DNA of 64,000 bases from Laetmonice hystrix (taxonomy: Eukaryota), in assembly GCA_965235115.1 (NCBI GenBank), contig OZ249436.1, positions 6,388,001-6,452,000 of the forward strand. The letters run 5' to 3'. Positions 25,010-36,800 of the stretch are shown in pieces (the stretch's first letter is position 1; every line of letters begins with the position of its first letter). A program made the translations under genes and the position numbers. A model generated the notes under the pieces. It did not search any database, was not told the origin of the DNA, and was given only the letters and a program-made list of their open reading frames with translations.

Positions 25010-25621
25010 CAGGCGCGTGTCTGGGGGGGGGGGGGGGTCCAGGGGGTCATGACCCCCCACCTGCTACCCCGGACATAGATGTTTTCTCTTAGAGTACAAC
25101 TGACATCACATAGGTAACTTTCCTGATCTAGATAGATCACTTTGAGTTGTAGACGTGCCCCTGATAGGTTTTCTGAGAAGTCCTCTCAATTTAGAAAAAT
25201 ATTGAAAATTCGAATCACGTGCCACATCACAGTCTCACTCCCGCCTATGCTTTACCATTGCCCCTGATGACGTCATCAGGGGAGTTAGTCTTCAAAACAG
25301 CTTACACACAGTTCATGTTCTTGTATAGTAACCGCTCCTTGAAGTTAAACAACAACAAATTACATGTATCATCAAGATCTGGCACTAAATTTCATTTAAT
25401 TTTGATGTCTGTTGGACTTTAGATTCAACGGATTAACATCGAAAGAACCAGTGTGAAGGATTGCCGCCGTTTTGAAACGGCCGGGCGATGAATCCACAAA
25501 ATATAATGCTGTAAAATGGATCCTAAATGGATGAAATCGCGTCTCAGACCTTCTAATTTTTTAAAATTTCCTGAGCGCCCCCCCCCCCTCCCACCCGCTA
25601 GAAATCCTGGACATGCGCCTA
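25010..25621. mobile_element. G-run-rich MITE, probably hAT-like
   Basis: Ends AGGCGCGTGTCTGG / CCTGGACATGCGCCT are imperfect inverted repeats; no clean TSD. Similar elements at about 6335-6617 and 59251-59503. Confidence 0.45.
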
Positions 25622-26388
25622 TATCAAGACATGGGCAAGGGTCACTCAGTAGGGGGGGGACCAGAACCCTACTTTGAAAAAATCGGGGGGGGGGGAGGCG
25701 GCCCCCCTAAATCCGCCACTGATGAATGTGCGAAAGCAACCCGACAGATGGATGACGGTTGGGAAGCCTTTGAGGGGTTTCCTTGTCCCACATGCAACAT
25801 CCCCCTCTAAGAGGCTGCCCATGCATGTCACCTAAATACCCAGCCGAGGGTACCTGGCCCGACCTGCCCGCAATATCTCGAGATCTGGACAGTTGTAATG
25901 TTGAAATCCCCGTCGATCTGTGGAAGCGTGAAGACAACGCCATCCTGCATCAAACATTGGTATCTGTGTCGATTGTTGGGACGTTGGAATGCTGATTGAG
26001 ATCCCCGTGGAGTACGGGAGCGTCAAGACAACGCCATCCAGACCCGACAATTTGAGGCAGACCAACGACAGACTGGCCTGACTCTGGGATATACGTACGG
26101 CAGTCAACTGAACGCATACCTGGGTGCGAAGGTAAGATCCCTGTATTTACGTCTGGCAGGGTCGCCCTAGGGATCACGCAGTTTTCAGATTCCTTATGGA
26201 TTCCCGACCCTTCATGTAGGCATACAGTGGCGGATCGGGGGGGGGGGGGGGGGGTGAGGGTATGAACAGAGTCAGAGTGGTGCGCAGGATTTTTTGAGGG
26301 GGTTTACACTTTGGCCGGGGGAAGCCTTTGCTAGGGGGTCTCAGGGCTGTCAACATTTAAGAACAAGAATGCGGGAGACACCCACGCA

Positions 26389-27050
26389 CACGCTAAAAAC
26401 TAAATAGTTTAAATTAGACTCGCATTTAACTCTTAAAGAGCTGGTACAGAGTTGCTGCAACTCTTCCAGTGTCAGTGGTTTAAACCTTTACAGAACATCA
26501 AGAGTTGTGTTTAACTCTTTCAACGAGTTCACTGTATTTTACACTTTAGGAGTAGAAAAGGAGTTATTTAAACCTTTAAAAGGGTCAGTTTGATTGATCA
26601 CGTGTTGACTCTTACCTGTCCTTTTCTTTGACTCTATACCCCGCGTGTCATATACCTGTGACAGCCGGTTAATGAGACCGTGAGCATAAATTAACAATAA
26701 TAATCTATTTGATGATGACTAGAGTGGAATGTCCAACAGGGGCCTAATGAAGTGTGATTTGTTAACATTGCTTATGGAAACACCATCTTTGGGGGCAAGA
26801 GAACATTTTTTTTATAAATATTTATTACAATGAAACAAAATACATAATGATAACTCCTTGGTAAAGACATTCGACCTTTTCATATGCGGAGTATATATAG
26901 CCTCTTAGGCTGCAAACGTCTGAACTTTACACGATTACACGTTAATGTACCGGTAACGCTCAAAGAGCAGTCACCGTATTATATAGGCTGTTTGAAGGAG
27001 TTGCACGCAGCTCTTTACGAGCACTCTGCAACTCTTTAGTTTTTAGAGTG
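26389..27050. mobile_element. CMC/EnSpm-like MITE
   Basis: TIR CAC(G/T)CTAAAAACTAAA at both ends, 2-bp CA TSD, internal AACTCTT/AAGAGTT subrepeats. Confidence 0.65.
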
Positions 27051-27835
27051 CAACCATCCCCATCCCCCAAAGTCCGCCAAATTTTGAAATTTAAGGTGTA
27101 ATTTGCTGGCATTTGGCGCATCTTAGAGCACAAAATAAGGTCACTCTAGCCACAGACTCTGACTTCTCCTAGTGGAGGAACTTACCTGCGTGAAAGGATC
27201 AAAATAAGGTCTGAAATGACATGTCAAAACTTCAAGAATTTTTTTTTTTTTTTTGGGGGGGGGGGGGTAGGCTACGAGGTGGCAGACATTCGGATGGGAC
27301 TTTTATACTTTGAGTTGAGGAGACATACCATTCACAGATAGAGTGATTCATAACACTCTCCCACCGAAACCACAAGACTTTAAACATTCAACATCAAAAG
27401 AAGAGGAGTAGGCATCTGTAGGGCATATGCCGAAGTTGAAAATCTAGTAGGACCGTGCCAACTTTCCCTTAAAGGGTCAATTCTCTCCAAATTCCAAACG
27501 TACCTTTCATCCTTAGCAACATTACATTTAAACATGGCGATCAATTAATAATGGTAACAAATGTAAGAAAATTACAAGTTCAGTCGCCCGAGCACGGTCC
27601 TTGGAGTTTACAAACCACCGCCATGACAAACCGGCGCTGTGATGATGACGTGAATCGTGGAGCGAAGGAAGACAATTACCGATGCTCCGTATTACAAATT
27701 ACATGCGCAGTTGTTTTGCTTCCAATTTATTATGAGATTGCAGGTAAATCAAGGTTGTTTAATATTAGAGGGGGTCGATTTTGTGGCTTTTAATTGACGG
27801 GGCCCCTTTAACTAATTTCAGTCACGTTTTGAGCC

Positions 27836-30800
27836 ATGCAGTCCGGTGTGTTATGTGCGCTTGGCCTGCTTCTAGTCAGCAGGGTGGACCATGTCGTCAC
27901 TCAGTGTGGGTCACAAAGTCCCGACATGACAGTCGATTGTTCCCAGAGACGACTGAAAGAGATTCCTGGTACCATTCCAAACACAACCGTCCAACTGTAG
28001 GTGGTATTTTTCTCTCAGCCTTTTCAACTATTGTCTCTCAGAGCTGATGAATAAACGTGGATCCAGGACCCGCGTCTCGGTAGCACCTCAAAGAAACCTT
28101 CTGCATGTTTTTTTTTCAGTAATCTGAACGGCAACAGTATTTCTGAGATACCTGATCTGGCATTTTCAGGCTTCATATCATTACAATTTCTGTGAGTATA
28201 GCCCTTGTTCATTGCATGTATTTAATACAATGTGAAAAATAAAATATCAGTAACAGTTAAGTTTTCAAACAAAATATTACCTTTTTTTCTTATTGATAAA
28301 TATTTCCATTTCTCTTCATACTGGAACATGCCATTGGTTGTTTTAAGGGATTTAAGCAACTGTTCCATACGTCAAATCGAGCCGAACGCATTCAATGGAT
28401 TAGGAAGTCTGAGAACTCTGTAAGTATGTCCTTTTCTTACTTCTGGGAAGTCTAGGTGTCTCAGAAAATTGAATGAAATATGAACATTATCCAGTGGGTG
28501 AAATGAAGGTGCTTTCACTATTGATTGTTAATTAATCTAATGTGATAATCTCTCCTCTCCGCCGACCTACCCTTGCACCCCTCCACCTTCGCCTCGCCCT
28601 CGACAAATCGACATGTATGATTGCAAGGCTGCTCTCCGATAATCAGCTGACCAGTATTCAACCGCAGACATTCCACAGCTTGACGTTTCTTCAGTTTCTG
28701 TAAGCCTCAGACCTAATTATCCCTATTACAAATAGCCTATAGTCTGCATGGCTCGATTTTATCAAAGGGTAAAACACAACATGCAAAAATACGGCTCCGT
28801 CATTAGTCACGTTAATTACCTAAAGATACAGTATAACCAGCAGTTGTTTTCTTGGGCCAGCTATGCGAGAGTCGTTATCTCTGCACTAACAAAAGATCTT
28901 GTTACACTCTGTTAAATATCTAGGTGGCTATTTAACAATCCGTTGACTGAGCTCAAAGCGGGGACGTTTTCAAGACTGGGCCATCTTAATTATCTGTAAG
29001 TGTATCAGGTCTTTTTACTTTAATGGTGGTGAGCATGGCTAACCATGCTTTGTAGAAGAAGAAAATTTGCCGATATCATCAGACTCCTTTCAGATCCGCA
29101 TTGGTGGTATACAATAATTATGATATTATATATGTTTTGTGTGCACATAGCTTTAAAATCAATGAAGTTAAACGACAGATCAATCTGACTGGATTGCTAC
29201 TCTCACACAATACATCGTGTTTCTACAGTATCAGTTTATTAAACCACAATACATCGTGTTTCTACAGTATCACAGTTTATTAAACCACAATACATCGTGT
29301 TTCTACAGTATCACAGTTTATTAAACCACAATACATCGTGTTTCTACAGTATCACAGTTTATTAAACCACAATACATCGTGTTTCTACAGTATCACAGTT
29401 TATTAAACCACAATACATCGTGTTTCTACAGTATCACAGTTTATTAAACCACAATACATCGTGTTTCTACAGTATCACAGTTTATTAAACCACAATACAT
29501 CGTGTTTCTACAGTATCACAGTTTATTAAACCACAATACATCGTGTTTCTACAGTATCACAGTTTATTAAACCACAATACATCGTGTTTCTACAGTATCA
29601 GTTTATTAAACCACAATACATCGTGTTTCTACAGTAGCACAGTTTATTAAACCACAATACATCGTGTTTCTACAGTAGCACAGTTTATTAAACCACAATA
29701 CATCGTGTTTCTACAGTATCACAGTTTATTAAACCACAATACATCGTGTTTCTACAGTATCACAGTTTATTAAACCACAATACATCGTGTTTCTACAGTA
29801 TCACAGTTTATTGAACCTCTTTACGACGTGTCAATAATTATAATAAGCTCACAAAGAGTTATACTCATATACCGGGGTAGGCCCCTACATAATAGTATAT
29901 TATTAGACCCAATGATAGGCTTTAACCGGCTTGTTTATCATCTCCTTTCTCCTCCCCAGATCATTAAGTCATAATAACATTCGCCAATTACATCAAGATG
30001 TATTTTCCGGATTGAGGAACCTTAAAACACTGTAAGTATCATTCTGGTAGAGAACACTTAAAGTCGACCAGGCCCCAGTTTCAGAAAAGCTCTAAGCAGC
30101 AAGCTTTATGCTAAGCAGGGCTACGGTGGCCCACGAGGACACAAGCACTTGAACTTTCTACATTGATTTTCAAGAATATTTTTTTACGGCAGTGGAAATA
30201 ACACCGCGGTCCAAATATTACCACCATGGTTAAATTATTATCACTGTGAAAAATTAATTTAGGAAGTTTAAAAAGTATCTGTGTCCCTGGGCTGCCGTAG
30301 CCCTGCTTAGCTTATTTAGAGCCCAGGCCAGGGCACGAGATCGGTTTCGCTCGAGCAGGGGCAGATTGAGACTAAAGGTAGATTGGAGGGCGCGTATAAA
30401 AATCAACATCAGCTATAGATCTAAGGCCAAGGCAGCATGGTAGATCTAGAATACATGCGGATTGGTCTTTAATCGTCGGAAACCTTTTTCTTATTAGCTA
30501 AAGCGTAAAATCATTTTCCCATTCTGGTCGCGTGCGGATGGTGGTTCAGAGGCCAGGCCGTGCGCATGCGAGCGTATAGATATCTATACCTACTTGGCCT
30601 CTTTAAAATATAACACGTGCACCTTCAATTTGTTTATAGAACACTCAACGACTGTTTAGTTAAAGACATCAATATTGGGGCGTTCTCAGGTTTACAAAAA
30701 CTTCGTCACCTGTAAGTATCTCGTTCCTATCAAAGTCATGCAGCTTACATTTTAGGGTCCTTCTGTCATTAAATATATGTATGTGTATTTTGTTATAATA

Positions 30801-33800
30801 TATATAAAAACATAATGATAATCAACCAACTATCTCATATTCATTGTGAATAAGCACGTTTCTCACAGGCACCTGCAAAACAACGGACTGAGGATGAGAC
30901 GTAGTGGCGTCTTTGCGGATCTCAAGAATCTTCTAAACTTGTAAGTACAGATACGCAACTGAAATACGCAATTTTAAAGTTAATTTGTCTGATTAATTTA
31001 CTTATCGAAGGCCGTATTGTCTTGCTGTTATCAGCACTAAAAGTTATTACCTATCTTCGAGGAGAAAACGTTATAGGTTACGATTTTCATATTGAATGTA
31101 TGCATGGTTTTTTTTGCAGGGACCTAAGGGGCAATGAACTTATTCTTGTAAATGAAGCCGACATTAGTATCGTCAGAATGGCCAAACTGTGAGTATGAGT
31201 ATTAAAATTAACGGATTAATATCATAACCAAGGATGTTGTGTTCTCTAGGCACGCAATTAGCATTCGTTTTGATGCTATACACAGGGGATTCGTCAAGTT
31301 GAAAATGGAAGACAAATCAAAGACAACAAAATAGCAAAATCTGATTAATTGACGTGATCCACTTGCGTTGCGATGCTTCCGATTCACACCTTGCGCGGTC
31401 TTACGAGTTCTTCCGAGGACAAAATTCCAAATCGGGAATACACGCAAGCATTTTAAGTGAATCACGCATTACGAGAGTTCACGAGTGTTCCGAGGGCTTC
31501 AGGGGTCCGTTCCACTAAGCCCGAAAGACGTCTTTGAAATGGTCGCTGAGCCCAAAGAGGTCTTTGCGGCGACGGGTGTTCCACTAAGCTCCTATTCTTT
31601 AACATTGGCGCCGCAAAGACGTCTTTCCAAAGACGTCTTTGCTAAAGACGTCTTTCGTTAGTGGAACGGACCCCAGACGTCTTACGAGTGCCAGAGCGCT
31701 CTCGGGACCTCCTTACGAGCAGATCAAAAAGATATTATCAGAAGAGTGCATAGTGCGCGTGGCGTCGCGTAAGATATGGGAAGATGCATAAAGAGTTCGT
31801 AAGCACTCGGAAAAGCGCGGAAGGTCTAAAGCGAACCCAAAAACTTCTTCCAATTCTTGTTCCTCACCTTCGCGGGTGCTTTCGCGGGTTACGCAAGCCT
31901 ACGATTCCTTACGCGGCCTAAAGCGTGAAGCGGCCTAAAGCGGTGTTTCCATTAACGCGGCTGCGGCCCGGCTGCGGTCCGGACACGGGTACGGCTGATA
32001 AAGCGGTGTTTCCATTAACGCGGCTGCGGCCCGGCTGCGGCCCGGCTGCGGTCCGGGCACGGGTACGGCTGATATCGCACGTCGTTGTTTTTAATGTAGG
32101 TGTTTCCATTAATGCGATCTCCGTACGGGGCCCGTACGGGCGTCGCATGCGGCTGTTCCCGATCGCGTCATGGAGCGATTCGAGAACAGCCGCAGATGAG
32201 CCGCATGAGGGATCCCCTTGATCCTAGGTGGTCACGTGCATGTTGTTCACTCAAAAAATGGATGGCACCATGCCTCACGTTGTCAGCAAGCAAGATATCC
32301 AAAAACTTAACGAAAAACTTATCGATTCGGCAGGTGTATGGCCTATGACCTTATACCAACAACATTGAGACGCAGCCGGGACGCACCTTTAAAAACAACG
32401 ACGTGTCTTATCAGCCGTACCCGTGCCCGCACCGCAGCCGGGCCGCAGCCGCGTTAATGGAAACACCGCTTTAAGCGGCCCGTCCGGGCGTCGCATGCGG
32501 CTCTTCCCGATCGCGTCATGGAGCGATTCGAGCACAGCCGCAGATGAGCCGCATGAGGGATCCCCTTGATCCTAGGTGGTCACGTGCATGTTCTTCCGCA
32601 TCCGACGCCCGGACGGGCGCCGTACGGAGATCGCATTAATGGAAACACTTACATTAAAAACAACGACGTGCGATATCAGCCGTACCCGTGCCCGGACCGC
32701 AGCCGGACCGCAGCCGCGTTAATGGAAACACCGCTTTATCAGCCGTACCCGTGCCCGGACCGCAGCCGGGCCGCAGCCGCGTTAATGGAAACACCGCTTT
32801 AAGCGGTGTTTCCATTAACGCGGCTGCGGTCCGGGCACGGGTACGGCTGATATCGTACGTCGTTGTTTTTAATGTAGGTGTTTCCATTAATGCGATCTCC
32901 ATACGGGGCCCGTACGGGCGTCGCATGCGGCTCTTCCCGATCGCGTCATGGAGCGATTCGAGCACAGCCGCAGACGAGCCGCATGAGGGATCCCCTTGAT
33001 CCTAGGTGGTCACGTGCATGTTCTTCACTCAAAAAAGGGATGGCACCATGCCTCACGTGGTCAGCAAGCAAGATATCCAAAAACTTAACAAAAAACTTAT
33101 AGATTCGGCACGTGGCTGTCCTATGACTCTATACCAACAGCATTGGGACGCAGCCGGGCCGCACCTTTAAAAACAACGACGTGCCATATCAGCCGTACCC
33201 GTGCCCGCACCGCAGCCGGGCCGCAGCCGCGTTAATGGAAACACCGCTTAAAGCGGTGTTTCCATCGCATGCGACGTCCGGACGGGCGCCGTACGGAGAT
33301 CGCATTAATGGAAACACTTACATTAAAAACAACGACGTGCGATATCAGCCGTACCCGTGCCCGGACCGCAGCCGGGCCGCAGCCGCGTTAATGGAAACAC
33401 CGCTTTACGAGTACTTTTACGTACTTCCGAAGCTTCCGAGAGAGAAAAAGTCGTAGACGCGCAGAAGCCATCGCAACGCAAGTGGATCACGTCCATTAGT
33501 CTTGATCACCAGACCCTTGTGAATAGGACCTTTTACCTTTTGAATTCGATTATGTTTTCTTCGTTGTAATCACACCCAGGGCCGTACTCGGGGGGGGGGG
33601 GGCGGGAACCCCCTGGCGTTCATTGGAAAAATATTGTAAATTGCATCAGAATATACCATTTCAAAATTAGAATTCAAAATTTTCCGAAGAAGCTACCTCT
33701 CTGCCCTGACACCTTCCCCGTTCATAGTGGGAATTGTAGATCCTCTAACCCTCACAATGACAAAATATGGACTCCACGTGTTACTATATATAGCTACTGG

Positions 33801-36800
33801 GTCTGTTATGTAATGCTAGGGGTGAAACGGAAGTCTGCTCGTGTGGTGTATCGTGGCGTATCGGCCGAGTGCAGCGCTGCAGTCTCTCCACGTGTCTGGG
33901 TAAGTCAAGGTCACTCCAGACATTATCTAGGCCAGCTTGCCCTAGATAAACGCCCCGTTAACTGCAGATTCTCTCAACTTTCTGCATATCCATCTTTCTA
34001 TGGCGTAAAGGTATCATATGTAGCAAAACCTCGTCCAATGGGAGCAGTCATTATATCTAGGCCTTGGATGACACCAGGCCCTGAATTTTCTGTTACTGCA
34101 GGTCTCCCGCCTATCTGTAGACAATTACAGATTAACACTTTTTCAAGGCCCCATAAGACTGCAGTAACATAATTGCATCTAATTTCGTTATAATGCCGGT
34201 ATGTGTGCATTCCATGTCTCTGTCTTCTTTTTGATGTTGCTTTATTATAACACTTAATTACGGGCTCATTATGCTTACTTTGAAATCATTCATATTTGAT
34301 GGAGATATCGTGACTCACCAAAAGATTATAGATCTATACACTCGCCTTGTTTCAGAGGAATTTCTTGCTGGTGTGATTGAGGCAGCCGACCGAGGCGATG
34401 GAAGTAAGTAGGCGCCAACTTAGCCTATTGTGCATGGCGATAGATCTAAGGCGTATGACTTTAGAATGAAGTAGACGCTCGCCCCCAAGAGGGTTCATGC
34501 CATTCAATCTGTTAATTAGCGTAATTAGGGTGCGTAGTTGGGCAGTGAACTTGATCAAGTAACCTTGTCCACAGTAAGGCAGAGACGCCAATATAAGGGT
34601 GGGGTATTCCTGAATCGGCGTTTTTTTCTAAGCAACGCTCCTGTTGATAAGCCATAAATCTTGCTCTAGCTGCAGTATGTGTTGTGCTAGCCCGGTTGAA
34701 CTACACCCTATTGGTCGATAGCCATAGCGTGACTCAGGTCCATATCCGCACCGTGGCCGAGATGCTTGACGTCGTTACGTCAGCCAACATAACGTTTCAT
34801 CCCTTCTTGACGTCATGGTTATTGGATACCATCGACAGTGTTCTCAAGGTCTACCCGGAGCAGTTTAATGACAGGAATGACAACACGTCCCAAAGGTAGG
34901 CCCACAGGTCTATATTGTCATGGCGGCCTCATGCTGGTCAAACAAAGTGGGTATAGGTCTGTTATAGGTGATAATCAGGGCCGGGGGAGGGGGGGGCAGC
35001 AGATCTAATCACGGTGAAAAAGGTGCCCTCTTTACGAGCAGATTCCACTTTTAAGGGTGTGAATTCATCCTTGTGATCAGGGTGCCCTTCTGACCGTAGA
35101 TCTGCCTCCGCCAGCAAATTTAGCTATCGCCCGCCCCTGATTATTCATGCAGTTGGTAGGCCTATACCTATACCTATACCTATACCTATACCATTGGTCG
35201 GGGCTAACAACCGATAACAGAACATCGCTATGAAAACCAGGTCATGTCCATTTTGAATAGGACATGCTGAGCTGTTTGAAATTTGAAATTTTATGCGCTA
35301 GGGAGTAGGACAGGTGAGTGGGGGATTAAGGTATATAGGCCTATATGCTATTAATAGGCGCCTGATATTAGACTGTGTCGTTTAAGTGAAATTTATGCTG
35401 ATTGAAAATGGAGTATCTATTTGATCTTGAATTATTTGCACTTACAAGTATAAAGCAAGGTTCTTTTAATTCTATTAAATACAGATTCCTTAAAAGTTTG
35501 GACCGCCTTGGGAGGAACCTGCAACTGAGAGAAAACGATACTTCTGTGACCTTCAAAAAACAGGAGATTGCTCTGACTGTTGTAAAGTTGTCTCCCGGGA
35601 TGCCGGGACTCCATTATGCTGTCGAGGAACCTGGTGGCAACAGTACTGACAATTTCATCGTAAGTACGCTAACGTTATAGCTGACAAACATCAAAGAGTT
35701 TAGAAGTAGACCCCCTCGGTCGTCCCAAATGCCAGACCGTCTTTGCCGCACCCTTATATCTTACTACAGATTCTCCGACATAATAACGATGGAATCGTAT
35801 CGAGATGACCTGCTCCATGTAGATGTGTTTCCTAATCACAGTATGGCATCTATAGAGTCAAATAAACGCAATAAATCTATAAATCTACGGGTCAAATAAC
35901 GGCAATAGAATTATCAAGGTACCAGGGCCCGGTTTTTTGGTTGAGCTTGAGTTAAGTTTGAGACGAAAACCTTGTCTCAAGCTCACGGCCCTATGAGTCG
36001 ACTCATAGGGCCGTGAGCTTGAAACGAGGTTTTCGTCTCAAACTTGACTCAAGCTCAACCAAAAAACCGGGCCCTATATGCATTCGGCCATAGGGCCATC
36101 ATTGGGCCATCTTCGGCTTTGAAGGAAGAAAAGTTGACAATTTCAGTGAATACATACTACTTCCGGTGACAGACTCCGACTGTCATTTAGATGTCATTCA
36201 ATTCTAATCTACACTTGTCCTGTGTCAGATCAATGTAAACACCCTCGACAACCGGACAGTATGGACCGACCAGCCCACTAATGGCCGGCCACTGTCTCTG
36301 GCTGCCGTCGAGGTAACACCATCAGTCTTACAACAGTATGGAGGCAATGCTTATTTTCTCGTCTACAAGTCGCTTGCCCTGTTTAAGGTGAGATATTTTG
36401 GCCAAGTAATTAGGCATTCATTCTGAGTTAACTTAGATAATACCAAGAATCTGAATGTTGGCTTTCGTTACCGTTCTAGTGAGACCCTTCTAGCCAGCCT
36501 ATAGGCTACTGTCTGGTAAAGTATCGAATTGCTGGACCTTTTTCAAAATCCCATAAATGATCAAAACCAAAACGTCATGAATTCGTGCGTAACTATATAG
36601 GCCTACGGAATTTTGGAAAGGTGTTAGCCCTTCTCAGATGTTGGGTGCCCCCCTTCCCAGCCTCGCTGGCTATACCGGGGGTTTAAAAATTTAGACCCGC
36701 TGATGTGATAGTGTCATCATATCGCCTCAGGATGAGAACACTACGGACAGTGATATACCCGTCAACAGTTTAGTTATTGGTGCATCAGTTGGTACCACTA

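Larger units (their letters stand above)
31349..33495. mobile_element. Outer Harbinger-like MITE hosting nested insertions
   Basis: TIR T(T/G)GACGTGATCCACTTGCGTTGCGATG at both ends, TAA/TTA flanks, TTACGAG subrepeats. Confidence 0.7.

Noticed and set aside
25719..25745. CTGATGA-ATGTGC-GAAA hammerhead core
   Set aside because: Stem II cannot pair, and the CTG is the end of a MITE TIR.
25830..26170. Minus-strand fragments with GDLN/GDFN and a ~95-bp diverged duplication
   Set aside because: Too short and frameshifted to call a LINE endonuclease relic.
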